From an uncultured bacterium (GTDB taxonomy: Bacteria; Cyanobacteriota; Cyanobacteriia; Elainellales; Elainellaceae): a DNA stretch of 64,000 nt. The notes below the pieces were generated by a model. That model was given only the letters and a program-made list of their open reading frames with translations, had not been told where the DNA came from and made no database searches. The stretch is from assembly GCA_964630955.1 (NCBI GenBank), contig CAZVXA010000003.1:13664-77663 (forward strand), written 5' to 3'. A program made the translations under genes and the position numbers. Positions 18,701 through 29,600 of this stretch are shown here, piece after piece; within the stretch, counting starts at the first letter, position 1, and each line of letters starts with the position of its first letter.

Positions 18701-20312
18701 CCGGAAACAACCAGACTAAACCCGGTGGAGAGGCTGGAATCGGTGATGCAGGCGGAAGATTCGCCAATTGCTGTGTCGCTGACTCAACGTTGCTACACAT
18801 CCCACTCCAGCGATACTCCCAGGCGCGGCGACCCACCTGCAAGGTGTAGGCAACATCTGCCAGGTTCACCGTCGGATGTTGTTGCAAATACTGGCTCAAG
18901 TTCGTCGCTGCGGTTTGCAGGGCAGTCGGCGTTTTGGCAGAGAGAACCAGTAATTGTGGCGATCGCGGAGCGTCTCTGCCAGTGAATCGCGACTCAGTGG
19001 CAGGGACGGGGGCGGGGGCTGCTTCCAGGATGACATGGGCATTGGTACCACCGATACCAAAGGAACTCACCCCCGCCCGCAGGGGTTGGGTTGGCGATCG
19101 CCAGTCAGTCAAAGCGGTGTTGAGATAAAATGGACTGCCTGCCAACTGGGCGATCGCGCGCTGCCCATGCAAACTCGGAGGAATCTGCCGATGGTGCAAT
19201 GCCAGCACTATTTTGATCAAACTGGCAATTCCCGCTGCGGCATCCAGATGCCCGATGTTGGATTTCACCGAGCCGATTGCACAAAATGCTTGTTCAGGAG
19301 TTCTGAGGCGAAAGGACTGGGTCAGGGCAGCCAGTTCGATCGGATCCCCCAGAGCCGTACCCGTACCATGCGCTTCCACGTAGGTAATCGTATCGGGTTC
19401 CACCTCTGCCATTACCTGCGCCGCCCGAATGACCGCTGCCTGACTATCAATCTGCGGAGCGGTAAAGCTGACCTTGTTGCCGCCATCGTTGTTAATCGCA
19501 GACCCTTTAATCACGGCATAAATGCGATCGCCATTGGTCAGCGCCTCTTGCAGCCGCTTAAGCACCACAACCCCCAAGCCATTTCCCGCCACCGTCCCGT
19601 TTGCCTCAGCCGCAAAGGCGCGACAATGCCCATCCGGAGAGTAAATGCCACCCGGTTGATAGAGGTAGCCCGTCGGTTGCCCCAGGGAAACGCCACCCGC
19701 CAGTGCCATATCGCAGTCGCCACTCAGCAAACTTTGACAGGCGATATGTACGGCAACTAAAGAGGTAGAGCAAGCGGTTTGAATGTCTAAACTGGGTCCA
19801 CGCAGATTAAAGTGATAGGAAACGCGAGTTGTCAAAAAGTCTTTATCGTTAGCAAGCATGAGTTGATAATGACTTGTTGATCGCTCAATCTCTGGGTGCT
19901 GGATTAAGTTCAACAGGTAGGAATTCATTGCCGCTCCACCGTACACGCCGATCGCGCCAGCATATTGGGCAGCATCGTATCCAGCCTGTTCTAAGGCAGT
20001 CCAGGCACACTCCAGAAAGCAGCGCTGCTGTGGATCGAGGATTTCGGCTTCGCGGGGACTGAAGCCAAAAAAAGCCGCATCGAACTCCTCGACTCCAGAG
20101 ATCGTACCTTCTGCTTTGACATAGGCGGGATGCGCCAGCAATTCGGGAGACACCCCACTTGCCAGTAACTCTGCGTCGGTGAGGTGGGAGATCGACTCCA
20201 CGCCATCCCGCAGGTTTTGCCAAAACTGCTCCAGGGTTTCAGCTCCAGGAAATCGTCCTGCCATCCCGATAATGGCAATTTCTAATCCGGTTGTAACATT
20301 CGCCTGAGTCAT
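15762..20312 (-). CDS. Type I PKS module: KS-AT(malonyl type)-KR-carrier
   Basis: 1516-aa ORF. KS (IIGMAGRFPGA; DIQTACSTSLVAVH; EAHGTGT; NIGHLDAAAG), AT (GHSIGEY; HAFHS), KR (GDLTSGLG; SSLSSVLGGLGLGAYAAAN), carrier with a PCP-like FFELGGHSLLAVQ motif (about 15977-16024). ATGA overlap with the upstream NRPS. Confidence 0.93.
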   Translation of the reverse strand: MTQANVTTGLEIAIIGMAGRFPGAETLEQFWQNLRDGVESISHLTDAELLASGVSPELLAHPAYVKAEGTISGVEEFDAAFFGFSPREAEILDPQQRCFLECAWTALEQAGYDAAQYAGAIGVYGGAAMNSYLLNLIQHPEIERSTSHYQLMLANDKDFLTTRVSYHFNLRGPSLDIQTACSTSLVAVHIACQSLLSGDCDMALAGGVSLGQPTGYLYQPGGIYSPDGHCRAFAAEANGTVAGNGLGVVVLKRLQEALTNGDRIYAVIKGSAINNDGGNKVSFTAPQIDSQAAVIRAAQVMAEVEPDTITYVEAHGTGTALGDPIELAALTQSFRLRTPEQAFCAIGSVKSNIGHLDAAAGIASLIKIVLALHHRQIPPSLHGQRAIAQLAGSPFYLNTALTDWRSPTQPLRAGVSSFGIGGTNAHVILEAAPAPVPATESRFTGRDAPRSPQLLVLSAKTPTALQTAATNLSQYLQQHPTVNLADVAYTLQVGRRAWEYRWSGMCSNVESATQQLANLPPASPIPASPPGLVWLFPGQGSQYVDMGRELYETEPTFCAIIDRGCDQIQAQIGIDLRSLLYPRGAKDLSSIHQTQYAQPALFLVEYALAQLWLSWGVQPDALMGHSIGEYVTATLAGVWTFEAGLSLVVTRSQLMQTCSPGVMLSVALTEAEVMADLEQFAVTHAVSLAARNAPQLCVVSGLENAIAHLEATWIQRGIACRRLPTSHAFHSHLMEPVLSPFREALQQVALQPPKLPIVSNLTGTWLTADQATNPNYWIAHLRHPVRFAEGIATVMPPAGDWIGLEVGAGNTLNTLVKQQFPDRLVVSCLRHPRQESSDQAMVQAALGQLWQQGISIPWQQRFDPASRQRLPLPTYPFERQRYWIDRQAGPRSPASRPLPHSAIPPSSDWFYLPCWERIPQRLDPTAPPLEHHCWLILLDPVGLGDHLAQTLQAAGQDVITVRPGDRFDQTGYRTFTAHPEHLQDWVELLEDLQLRELVPTQIVHGWTLTPTPSDPNPLSGFYSLLHLSQAILANKITTPMQIMIVANHTQSVLGTEPLIPLKATILGLAKVINQEVNTLTCRCLDLDLPNSNAAVPTLSRVLLTHLLTPHPNPIAACRGHYLWQPSFQSQSLPLPEAISLRDRGCYLVMGDLTSGLGPVWIKLLTRTTTTCWVLSPDPLPPEIAQVHPATLKYQCLDLNDQAAVSAAIAELTHTSNLHGIFYATPMSEQLATLIPQLSQSTCEATWQTKLQSILVLAEVLQNQSLDFCLVQSSLSSVLGGLGLGAYAAANAAIDAVALHQSQTTGVPWISVNWDAWRDGTNAETPDSNTTFGAELATLALTTAEIDEATRRILAHPTPQIVVSKGALSDRLERWVTRPLTSGNQVGVVTSVHPRPTLSTTYVAPQTQIEQAIAEIWQTLLGVEAIGIDDSFFELGGHSLLAVQAISRLRDRFAVELPLRDLLETPTVKGVAAIVVASLPTSEELTVMADVLAEIQELSPEEVQRQAMKLSDPRSYE

Positions 20313-23300
20313 TGACAGTCTCCTGAGTCAGCGGGAGCGGGAGCAGATTTTTTTTGCAGCCGTTGCTTTAAGCGGTGTTTGCCCTGGGTGAGTTGGGTGG
20401 TGCGTGTTTCAACCTGGGTGGCAAAGCTGGTTGCCGCTGACGAGGGTGCAGTAGTTTGCTTGAAATATTCAGCGAGCAGCCGAATCGTCGGATAGCGGAA
20501 TAAATCCACCAGGGAGAGATCCGTGTCGAAGCGATCGCGCAGGACACTGTGCAACTGCACCATGCGAAGAGAATGTCCCCCCAGGTCGAAAAAGTGATCA
20601 TCAATCCCCACCGCATCGATCTGGAGAATCTCCTGCCAAATTGCCGCCAGCGATCGCTCAAGGTCGGTTTGGGGTAAAACGATGGCATTGGTGTGTCGTT
20701 GGGATTCTGGAGGGGGCAGAGCTTTGCGATCGACTTTGCCGTTGGGGGTGAGCGGCAACTGGGATAGCCCGACCCAGAACGTCGGAATCATGTAACTGGG
20801 CAAGCAAGCCGCTAAAAATTGGCGCATTGCCGCCGGGGGCGGAGCCGCAGGAGTTAGATAGGCGACCAACTGTGGCTCGGTGGTGGCATCAGAATGCAGG
20901 ACAACCACTGCCTTGTCTATATCTGGATGGTGCTGAAGGCGGGCTTCAATCTCGCCTAACTCAATCCGATAGCCCCGCAGTTTAATCTGGTAATCCAAGC
21001 GTCCCAGATATTCCAGCGTGCCATCCGGGAGGTAACGGACGCGATCGCCGGTTTTGTAGAGTGGGGAGTGGGGAGTGGGGAGTGGGGAGTGGGACAGGGG
21101 AACAAACCGATCAGCGGTGAGGTCGGGACGATCGCGGTAGCCACGAGCTACGCCGACACCACCAATCGACAATTCTCCGGGAACCCCAGGGGGGACGGGA
21201 TATCCCAGGGGATTCAGTACCCAAAATTCGGTGTTGGCGAGGGGGCGACCAATGGGAACGCTGCCCGTTGTGCTAACGACGTGATATACCGCAGACCAGA
21301 TTGTGGTTTCAGTCGGACCATAAAGGTTCCAGACGGCGGCTCCTTTGGTCAGTAAGGCTTCAGCCAGGGGGCGATCGAGGGCTTCACCGCCACAAAGGAT
21401 TTGCAGGTCTGGTTTGCCCTGCCAACCGTGGTGCAGCAGCATACGCCAGGTGGTGGGGGTGGCTTGCATCAGAGTGATGGCGTGTTGTTCCAGAGTCGTG
21501 GCAAGTCGGGTGGGGGCAAGGGCCAGGTCGCGGCTCCCCAACCACAGACGGGCACCAGCGATGAGGGGTAGGAAGAGTTCCAAAGCCGCAATATCAAAGG
21601 CGATCGTCGTGGTGGCAAGGAGGGTATCACTGGGTTGAATCGCCAATCGCTGTTGCAGGTCAGTGATGATATTGAGGAGTCCCTGATGCCGCACCTGTAC
21701 ACCTTTGGGGGTTCCGGTAGAGCCAGAGGTATAGATCACGTAAGCAAGCTGATCAGGGTGGATCGCGATTGCGGGATTCTGGGTGGACTGGGTTTGGATG
21801 TGATTGTGCTCCAGGGCGCTATCCAGGGCGATCGCGGGAATATGGCCGGGTAATTCAGCGGCTAACTGGGTTTGAGTCAGAATCACCTTGGCGGCGGCAT
21901 TTTCTAGCATCCATGCCAGTCGCTCTGCGGGATATGCCGGATCAAGGGGAAGATAGGTCGCTCCAATTTTTAACACGGCCAGCAGCGCGATCACCAGTTG
22001 GGGCGATCGCTCCAGATAAATGCCAATACACACTTCGGGAGCCAGATTTAACTCCAACAGCCGATGGGCTAACTGATTGGCGTGCTGGTTCAGTTGAGCA
22101 TAGGTAAGATGGCTACCAACCTGGCTGAGGGCGATCGCGTGGGGGATTTGTTGTGCTTGTTGTTCAATCAGATGGGGAATCAAATCGGGCAGTAAGTCTG
22201 TCGCCGTCTCATTCCAGAGTGCCAATTGGTGCTGTGCTGCTGGAGTCAGCCAGGGCAGTTCTCCCAGTCTCAGGTTGGCAGGGGCAGACTGCATCATTGC
22301 CTGCAAGACTACCTGCAAATACTCCAGCAGTTGGTGGATGGTGGCGGCAGTAAAGCGATCGCAGTCATACAATAGCTTTAGCGACAGGTTTTGCTCAGCG
22401 ATTGCGTACAGGGTCAGGGGGTAGTTCGTTTGCTCTCTGCTATGGACATTGCGAATTTGCAACCCTGCCAGTCCTGTATTGCTCTGGAGTTGGGTCACTG
22501 CTGTTTCAACCGGGTAATTTTCAAAAATGACCAGGGTTTCAAACAAAGGCAGCGGATGCGGGACTTCACTCCAACGCTGCACATCCATGAGCGATGGGTA
22601 GGCATACTGTTGTAATTCCAATTGCTCAGCCTGCAACTGATGTAGCCACGGCTCTAAGACCTGCCCGGGCGACACCTCAATCCGCAAAGGCATTGTGTTG
22701 ACAAACAAGCCCACCATCGAGTCTGCCCCTACCAGGGTTGCCGGACGACCCGCACAGACAACCCCAAACGCCACATCCGACTCGCCGCCACTGTAGCGGT
22801 TCAACAGTAATGCCCAGGCCGCCTGTACCAGCGTGTTGAGGGTGAGTTGATGCTGCTTTGCCCATTGCTGGAGTTGCTGCGTTTCTACCTGGGATAGATG
22901 CAGGTCTAGCTCAGCATAGGCGGGAACAGGTTGACCTTCGGCAACAGGTGTTTGAACGGGACGGGGTAAGGCCAGCGGGGTGGGTGCCAAAAATCCCTGG
23001 AGTTTGCGTCGCCAAAACTGTTCTGCTTCCACCTGGTTTTGTTGGCTTAACCAGCGGATATAGTGACTGTAGGGAATGGCAGGGGCTATTGCCACCGATC
23101 GATTCTGACACGCTGCCTGATAGAACTCGACAAACTCTCGCAGCAAAATTGGCACCGACCACCCGTCCAGCAGCAGGTGATGGTAGCGCCAAACGACCCA
23201 ATGCCAATCGGGTGCCAGGGTGATCAACATCACCCGCATCAAGGGGGCTGTGGTCAAGACAAATCTCGTCGTGGGCAGGGATTGCAGCCAATCCATCAGA

Positions 23301-23671
23301 CGGTGTTGGCGATCGGCTTCGGAGAGGGGTGCCCAATTCTCATCAGACCAGTCGATCGCGGTCACGGTCCACTGCACCTGTCGCCCCACCACTTGCAACG
23401 GTTGTGGCAAATTTTCCCAGACAAAGGCAGTCCGCAGGAGGACATGTCGCTCAATCAGCGCCTGCCATGCCTGGTCAAAGGCAGAGCGATTGCATGGCCC
23501 GACTAATTCATAGCAAATCTGCACTTCATAAGCACCGGAGTTGGGCGCATACAGGCTATGGAACAGCATTCCTTGCTGCATTGGCGAGAGGGGATATAAC
23601 GCTGCGATCGCTTTATGGGTGGCAGGCGGCTGGGTCACTCCCTGAAAGGTTCCATTGAGTGCAGTGTTCAT
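20309..23671 (-). CDS. NRPS, one module: C(DCL-like)-A(Gly)-T
   Basis: 1120-aa ORF. C (YPLSPMQQGMLFH; YHHLLLDGWS), A (LAYVIYTSGSTGTPKG; code DILQLGLIWK = Gly), T (FFDLGGHSLRM). ATGA overlaps at both ends. Confidence 0.95.
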   Translation of the reverse strand: MNTALNGTFQGVTQPPATHKAIAALYPLSPMQQGMLFHSLYAPNSGAYEVQICYELVGPCNRSAFDQAWQALIERHVLLRTAFVWENLPQPLQVVGRQVQWTVTAIDWSDENWAPLSEADRQHRLMDWLQSLPTTRFVLTTAPLMRVMLITLAPDWHWVVWRYHHLLLDGWSVPILLREFVEFYQAACQNRSVAIAPAIPYSHYIRWLSQQNQVEAEQFWRRKLQGFLAPTPLALPRPVQTPVAEGQPVPAYAELDLHLSQVETQQLQQWAKQHQLTLNTLVQAAWALLLNRYSGGESDVAFGVVCAGRPATLVGADSMVGLFVNTMPLRIEVSPGQVLEPWLHQLQAEQLELQQYAYPSLMDVQRWSEVPHPLPLFETLVIFENYPVETAVTQLQSNTGLAGLQIRNVHSREQTNYPLTLYAIAEQNLSLKLLYDCDRFTAATIHQLLEYLQVVLQAMMQSAPANLRLGELPWLTPAAQHQLALWNETATDLLPDLIPHLIEQQAQQIPHAIALSQVGSHLTYAQLNQHANQLAHRLLELNLAPEVCIGIYLERSPQLVIALLAVLKIGATYLPLDPAYPAERLAWMLENAAAKVILTQTQLAAELPGHIPAIALDSALEHNHIQTQSTQNPAIAIHPDQLAYVIYTSGSTGTPKGVQVRHQGLLNIITDLQQRLAIQPSDTLLATTTIAFDIAALELFLPLIAGARLWLGSRDLALAPTRLATTLEQHAITLMQATPTTWRMLLHHGWQGKPDLQILCGGEALDRPLAEALLTKGAAVWNLYGPTETTIWSAVYHVVSTTGSVPIGRPLANTEFWVLNPLGYPVPPGVPGELSIGGVGVARGYRDRPDLTADRFVPLSHSPLPTPHSPLYKTGDRVRYLPDGTLEYLGRLDYQIKLRGYRIELGEIEARLQHHPDIDKAVVVLHSDATTEPQLVAYLTPAAPPPAAMRQFLAACLPSYMIPTFWVGLSQLPLTPNGKVDRKALPPPESQRHTNAIVLPQTDLERSLAAIWQEILQIDAVGIDDHFFDLGGHSLRMVQLHSVLRDRFDTDLSLVDLFRYPTIRLLAEYFKQTTAPSSAATSFATQVETRTTQLTQGKHRLKQRLQKKSAPAPADSGDCQ
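21061..21095. repeat. Heptamer tandem array GTGGGGA x4-5, in-frame, in the A6-A7 loop
   Basis: gtgggga x4 then gtgggac, translated as SHSPLPTPHSPL before YKTGD. Confidence 0.9.
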
Positions 23672-26600
23672 GGCGTTTTCTCCGGAGCAAAATTCACACT
23701 TGCCAAAATCTGATCCAGTTGGGTCTGCGCTAGTGGAGCCAGATCAAAGGCAGTTAAATCAAAGTCGGCAGGATTGTATACTGGAGCCTCCACGGTTTGA
23801 CTGGCAGCAATTAGATCTGTTAATGCCTGCATACAATCCTGTGCCAGAGGGGCGATCGTTGTTGCCCGATACTGCTGCCGACTGTAATGCCATTCCAGAT
23901 GGAGTTGTCCGGATTGGATCGCGCCGATAATTTCCAGGCGATGACTGCGGGGATTGTGGGGATGATGCGTTGCACCGGGATGCACGGCGGACGAACCATC
24001 GAATTGTCCCAGGTAATTCACACTCACCTCAGCGGGGGATGCCAGGGAATTGGCTGCCGATGCGGTCAAATAACGCTGTATCCCATAACCGATGCCTTGC
24101 TGGGGAACGGCACGGAGTTGGGTTTTCATCGCCTGGACGATCGCCCCCGGATCGCTTGTAGCAGGCAGATTTAAGCAAATGGGAAATAGGCTGGTGAACC
24201 AACCAACGGTCCGACTGAGATTGAGATCCTCGGTGAAATTGGCATCCCGTCCGTAGGATTCCAGATCGACCCACAAGGATGATATCCCGGTCCACCGCTG
24301 GAACCCCTGAGCGATCGCCCCCAGCAGTACCTCCAAAATTGGGGTATGGTAAACCACTGGCACCACCCGCAGCAGGATTTCTGTTTGCTCTGGGTTGAGG
24401 CTTAACCGCAGCGTCTCCTCATCGCCAAACCGATTGCTGCCATCAGGATGGTCTACAGGTAAAGGAGTGGGGGAATGTTGCCCGATTTCGGAATGTCTCT
24501 GTAAGAGAACCGTTTGCCAGACATCTTGTGCGGCGATGAAATCGGGCTGAGTCGCAACGTGATGCAGGCGTTCTGCCCAGCGCTGAAATGAGGTGGTTTT
24601 GGCGGGTAGTTGGGGTGCTTGTCCCTGCCGGAATTGTTGCTCCAGGAGTTGCAAATCCGCCAGCAAAATTCGCCAGGATACACCGTCGATCGCCCAATGG
24701 TGAATCACGACCAGTAAGCGATGGGGACAATTCCCCCGATCGACATACGCCACCCGCACCAAATCGCCCCGCCCTAAATCCAGACTGGCTTGCATCTGCT
24801 CGGCAATGGACTGTATTTGGTACGGCTGTTGTCTCTCAGGCACAGCAGAGAAGTCGAGCCAGAGGAGGGGAACACAATCGCTCGGCGGCAAAATTTCCTG
24901 ACTCCATCCAGCATCGGTTGGGGTGAGCCGTAGTCGCAGGGCATCGTGATGCTGGAGCAAATGACTCACGGCTTGATGAAGGTGAGCAAACTGCCAGGGA
25001 TTCCCCATCTCCAGCCACACGGCCTGGTTAAAGTGATGGGGATAGGGCAAGTCTTGGGCGAGGAACCAGTGCTGAATCGGAGTGAGGGGAACCGCACCCG
25101 TGAGGCTAGCAGGTTCAACTTCAGTCGGTGTCAGCGGTGTCAGAACCGGGATCAATTCGGCGATCGTTGGCTGCTGGAAAAGTTGCTTGGGGGTAAGCTG
25201 CCATCCGGTTTGATTGACGCGGCTAACCAGTTGAATGGCGCGGATTGAATCGCCGCCGAGTTCAAAGAAGTTATCGGTTACGCCGACTGTTTCCAGGTTG
25301 AGAACCGTTTGCCAAATTTCGACCAATTGTTGTTCCAGGGGGGTGGAGGGATGGAGCGGGGAGGGATTGGAGGGGTGGAGGGGCGGAGCGGGGAGGGATT
25401 GGCGATCGAGTTTGCCGTTGGGGGTAAGGGGCAGTGGGTCTAACCCGATGAACTGAGAGGGGATGAGGTAGGTGGGGAGGCGGGTTTGTAGGAACTGCCG
25501 TAGGCGGGCGGAAGTCAGGTTGGCGGGGCTGTAGTACGCCACCAGAGAGGCTGGATCGGTAGACGTTGGGCGATGTAAAACAACCGCTGCCTGGGCAACC
25601 TCTGGATGTTGCAGCAAAGCGGTTTCAATTTCGCCCAGTTCCACTCGGAAGCCACGAACTTTGACCTGATCGTCATATCGTCCCAGGTAGCGGAGGGTGC
25701 CATTGGGTTGCCAGCAGACGCGATCGCCAGTTTTGTAAAGTAGGGAATGGGGAGTGGGAAGTGGGAAGTGGGAAGTGGGAAGTGGGGAGTGGGGTGGAGG
25801 GGTGTGGAGTAACGATCCCCCTGAATCCTCCTTGACGAGGGGGACTTCAACTTCGGTTTCCCCTGTTTTAAGGGAGGCTAGGGGGGATCTGCCTTCGCTC
25901 AATGGATTCAGAAGAAACCGTTCTGCCGTTAAATCGGGGCGGTTGAGGTAACCACGGGCTAAACCTGCGCCACTGATGTAGAGTTCTCCAGGAACACCGA
26001 TGGGGACGGGTTGCAGGTCAGCGTCCAGGACGTAGACTTGCGTGTTTTGAATCGGGCGACCAATGGGTGGGGAGGGCGTGGTTAAGTCCTCAGGGGCGAT
26101 CGCATGACAGCAAGTGAAGGTGGTGCTTTCGGTGGGTCCGTAGCCATTGATGACTCGACAATGGGGATGGGCTTGCAGCAGGGTTTGGACATGCTGGCTG
26201 GAAATGACATCGCCGCCTGCAATGAGTTGTTGGACTGGGCTGAAACTGTCGATCTGTTCCTCTACCATGAGATGGAAGAGTCCCGCTGTTAGCCAGAGGG
26301 TGGTGATCTGGTGGCTCTGAATCGTTTTTGCCAGTTCTGCCAGGGTGGGAAGTGTTTGATCCACGATCACCAGTGTGGCACCATTCAGTAGCGTTGCCCA
26401 AATTTCCCAGGTAGCCGCGTCAAAGGCGAGAGATGCCGCCTGGAGCATGCGATCGCCCACAGCAATAGCGACAAACTCACAGGGCTTCACCAGGCGCACA
26501 ATTCCCCGATGGGGCGTACACACGCCTTTAGGCTGCCCAGTTGAACCGGAGGTATACATGACATAGGCAAGCTGATCGGGGTGAAGCTCCAGGTTGAGAT

Positions 26601-29600
26601 CGGTGGTGGGCTGGTGCTGCCACGGCGCGGGGACTGCCGACAAATCGATTCCGGCGCGTCCTAACGTTGCCAGCAGGGTTGTAGCTTCTGGGAGGGAGAC
26701 GGTTGCGGTGAGCACCCACTGCACCTGGGCATCATCCAGGAGAAACTGCACCCGATCACGAGGATTGCTGGGGTCGATCGGCACATACAATCCACCCGCT
26801 TTGAGAATTGCCAAAATGCCAATGATGGCTTGCGGCGATCGCTCCAGGTACAAACCAACCGGAGTTTCTGCCCTTACCCCTAATTGCCGCAGGTAATGCG
26901 CCAGTTGATTTGCCTGCTGGTTCAAGGTGGAATAGGTAAGCGATTGCTCCCGGCAAATCAGGGCGATCGCGTCGGGCGTCTGGGCGACTTGCTGCTCAAA
27001 CAAGGCTGCCACACTTTCTTCAGGATAGGGACGCTGGGTTAGATTCCAGGTGTGCAACAGGGTATGCTGCTCGGCGGCAGGCACGAGCGCATAGGCGGAA
27101 AGGGGTTGATCAGGGCTGGTGCTGATCTGTTCTAGCAAGGTTTGCCAATACTGGTGCCAGCGGGCGATCGTGGAGGCATCCAACAAATCGCTGTTGTATT
27201 CCCAGTGTCCACTCAATCCGGCGGTGGTTTCCGTCAGAATCAGGGTCAGATCAAATTTGGCAGTACCACTGTCCAGCGGTAACGGTTCCCAGGTCAGATC
27301 GGGCAATTCTAATGACTTTGCTGCCGCTTCCAAACTAAACAGGACTTGAAAAATGGGGGCATGGCTCAGCGATCGCTCCGGGTGCAGTGCCTCTACCCAT
27401 TGATCGAAGGGTAAATCCTGGTGGGCATGGGCATTCAACACCGTCTGACGCACCTGGGTCAGCATTTGCCCAAAAGTGGGATTGCCAATCAGGTTGGTTC
27501 GGAGTGCCAGCGTATTGGCAAAAAAGCCAATGAGGGGTTTTACACCCGGATAATGGCGGTTGGCAATTGGGGTGCCAACGACCAGATCGGTTTGCTGGGT
27601 CAGGCGATAGAGGAAAAGGTTAAACGCCGCCAGCAGCGTCATGTACAGCGTTGCCTGATGTTGCTGACTGAGGATTCGCAGCGATCGCGTCAGGCCAGGT
27701 GTTAGTTGGAACTGTAGCCGCTGTCCTCGAAAGGTTTGCACCGCTGGACGGGGATGATCCGTTGGCAATTCCAGGAGTGGTGGGGCATTGTGCAAATGTT
27801 GTTGCCAATACTGGAGTTGTTGCTGCCAGCGATCGCCCTGTAACCATTGCCGCTGCCAGACTGCAAAATCCCCGTATTGAATGGGGAGCGGGGGTAAGGT
27901 GGGTTGGGTTGCTTGGTACAATGCTTGATAGACGGAAGCAAGTTCTTCCCCTAAACAGGTCATCGACCAGCCATCAGTAATAATATGATGCAGCACCAGC
28001 ACCAGCACAAACTCTGACTCGTTTAGGCATAGAAGTTTGACTCGCCAAAGGGGAGGATGATCGAGTGAAAACGGCTGCTGCAATTCTTGCTGAATCAGGG
28101 TTTGTACCCACACGGTTTGCTGGGTAGCTGGAACGGAACTGAGGTCAACGATCGGAATCCCTGTTGGCACAGTGGGTGATACCTGGAGGATGGGCTGTCC
28201 GTCGATCATCGGAATCGCGGTCCGCAAACTTTCATGCCGTTGCACCACGATTGCCCAACTTTGCTGGAGTGTGGGGATCGCTAAGTTGCCCTGTAACCGC
28301 AGGATGGCAGGCACCAGATACGCCGTTGAGTCGGGTTCGAGTTGTGCCAAAAACCAGAGTCGCTGCTGGGCAAAGGACAGCGGCAGGGGGGATTGGCGAT
28401 CGCAGGGGGGGATCTGGATCAGGGTGGGAGATTGGGTACCTCGTGCGGCATCAATCAGGGGTGACAGTTGGGCGATGGTCGGGGCTTCAAACAACGATCG
28501 CAGGGGCAGTTCGATCTGAAACGTCTGTTGAATTTGGCTGACAATTTGTATCGCCAGTAAGGAATGTCCACCCAACTCAAAGAAGGAATCCTGTATGCTG
28601 ATGACTTCTTGCTGTAACACCTGCTGCCAGATGACAGTCAGCAACTCTATGGTAGGAGATGGGCGATCGGGTTGGACGAGATCGCGCTCAGGCAGGACGG
28701 GCGCAGGCAAGGCCCGCCGATCGATTTTCCCTGTTGTTGTCAGAGGAAAGGCTTTTACCTGCATCAGAATTGCAGGCACCATATAAGCAGGCAGGCGATC
28801 GCGCAAGAATTGCTGTATTTCTCTAAGCTCAAACTTGGAAGCCGCCTCAGCCGTAAAGTAGCCGACAATTTGCGGGTTACTGGTATCTGCGTTGAGCAGA
28901 GCGATCGCCTGGGTCACAGCGGGATGCTGACGCAGGGTAGTTTCAATCTCGCCGGGTTCAATCCGCACGCCGCGCAGTTTGATCTGATCATCGATCCGAC
29001 CCAGATATTCGATCGCGCCGTCAGGCAGGTAGCGGGCGCGATCGCCGGTTTTGTAGAGGTGGGAGTGGGGAGTGGGGAGTAGGGAATGGGCAAAGGGATT
29101 GGGAATGAAGCGTTCTGCGGTCAGGTCAGGACGGTTCCAGTAGCCACGTGCGAGACCGACCCCACCGATGTACAGTTCTCCTGCAACACCAGTGGGAACG
29201 GGTTGCAGGTCAGCATTGAGAATGTGGAGTTGGGTGTTGGCGATCGGAAAACCAATCGGTACAGTTGCATGCAGCGAATGGGGTTGACAGTGCCAATAAC
29301 TGACATCGATTGCGGCTTCGGTAGGACCGTAGAGATTATAGAGTTGAGCCGTAAGTTGAGCCCAAAAGCGATTTTGCAACTCAATCGATAAGGCTTCACC
29401 ACTACAGACGACTCGTTTCAGACTGGTACATTTTTCTACATCAGGGTGATCCAGAAAGAGGCTGAGCATTGAGGGAACAAAGTGAATTGTCGTCACTTGA
29501 TAGTGAGTGATGACATCGATTAAGTAGCAGGGATCTCGATGGCCATCGGGCTGGGAGATCACTAAACAGGCACCATTTAACCAGGTCCAGAAAAATTCCC

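Noticed and set aside
18954-19760. Plus-strand 268-aa ORF, and the many other 60-190-aa plus-strand ORFs inside the megasynthase genes (e.g. 7025..7576, 23063..23506, 44775..45224)
   Set aside because: All of them are antisense to frames carrying continuous KS/AT/A/C-domain motifs. They show no recognisable motifs of their own and have the Arg/Gly/Pro-rich composition expected from reading GC-rich coding DNA backwards.
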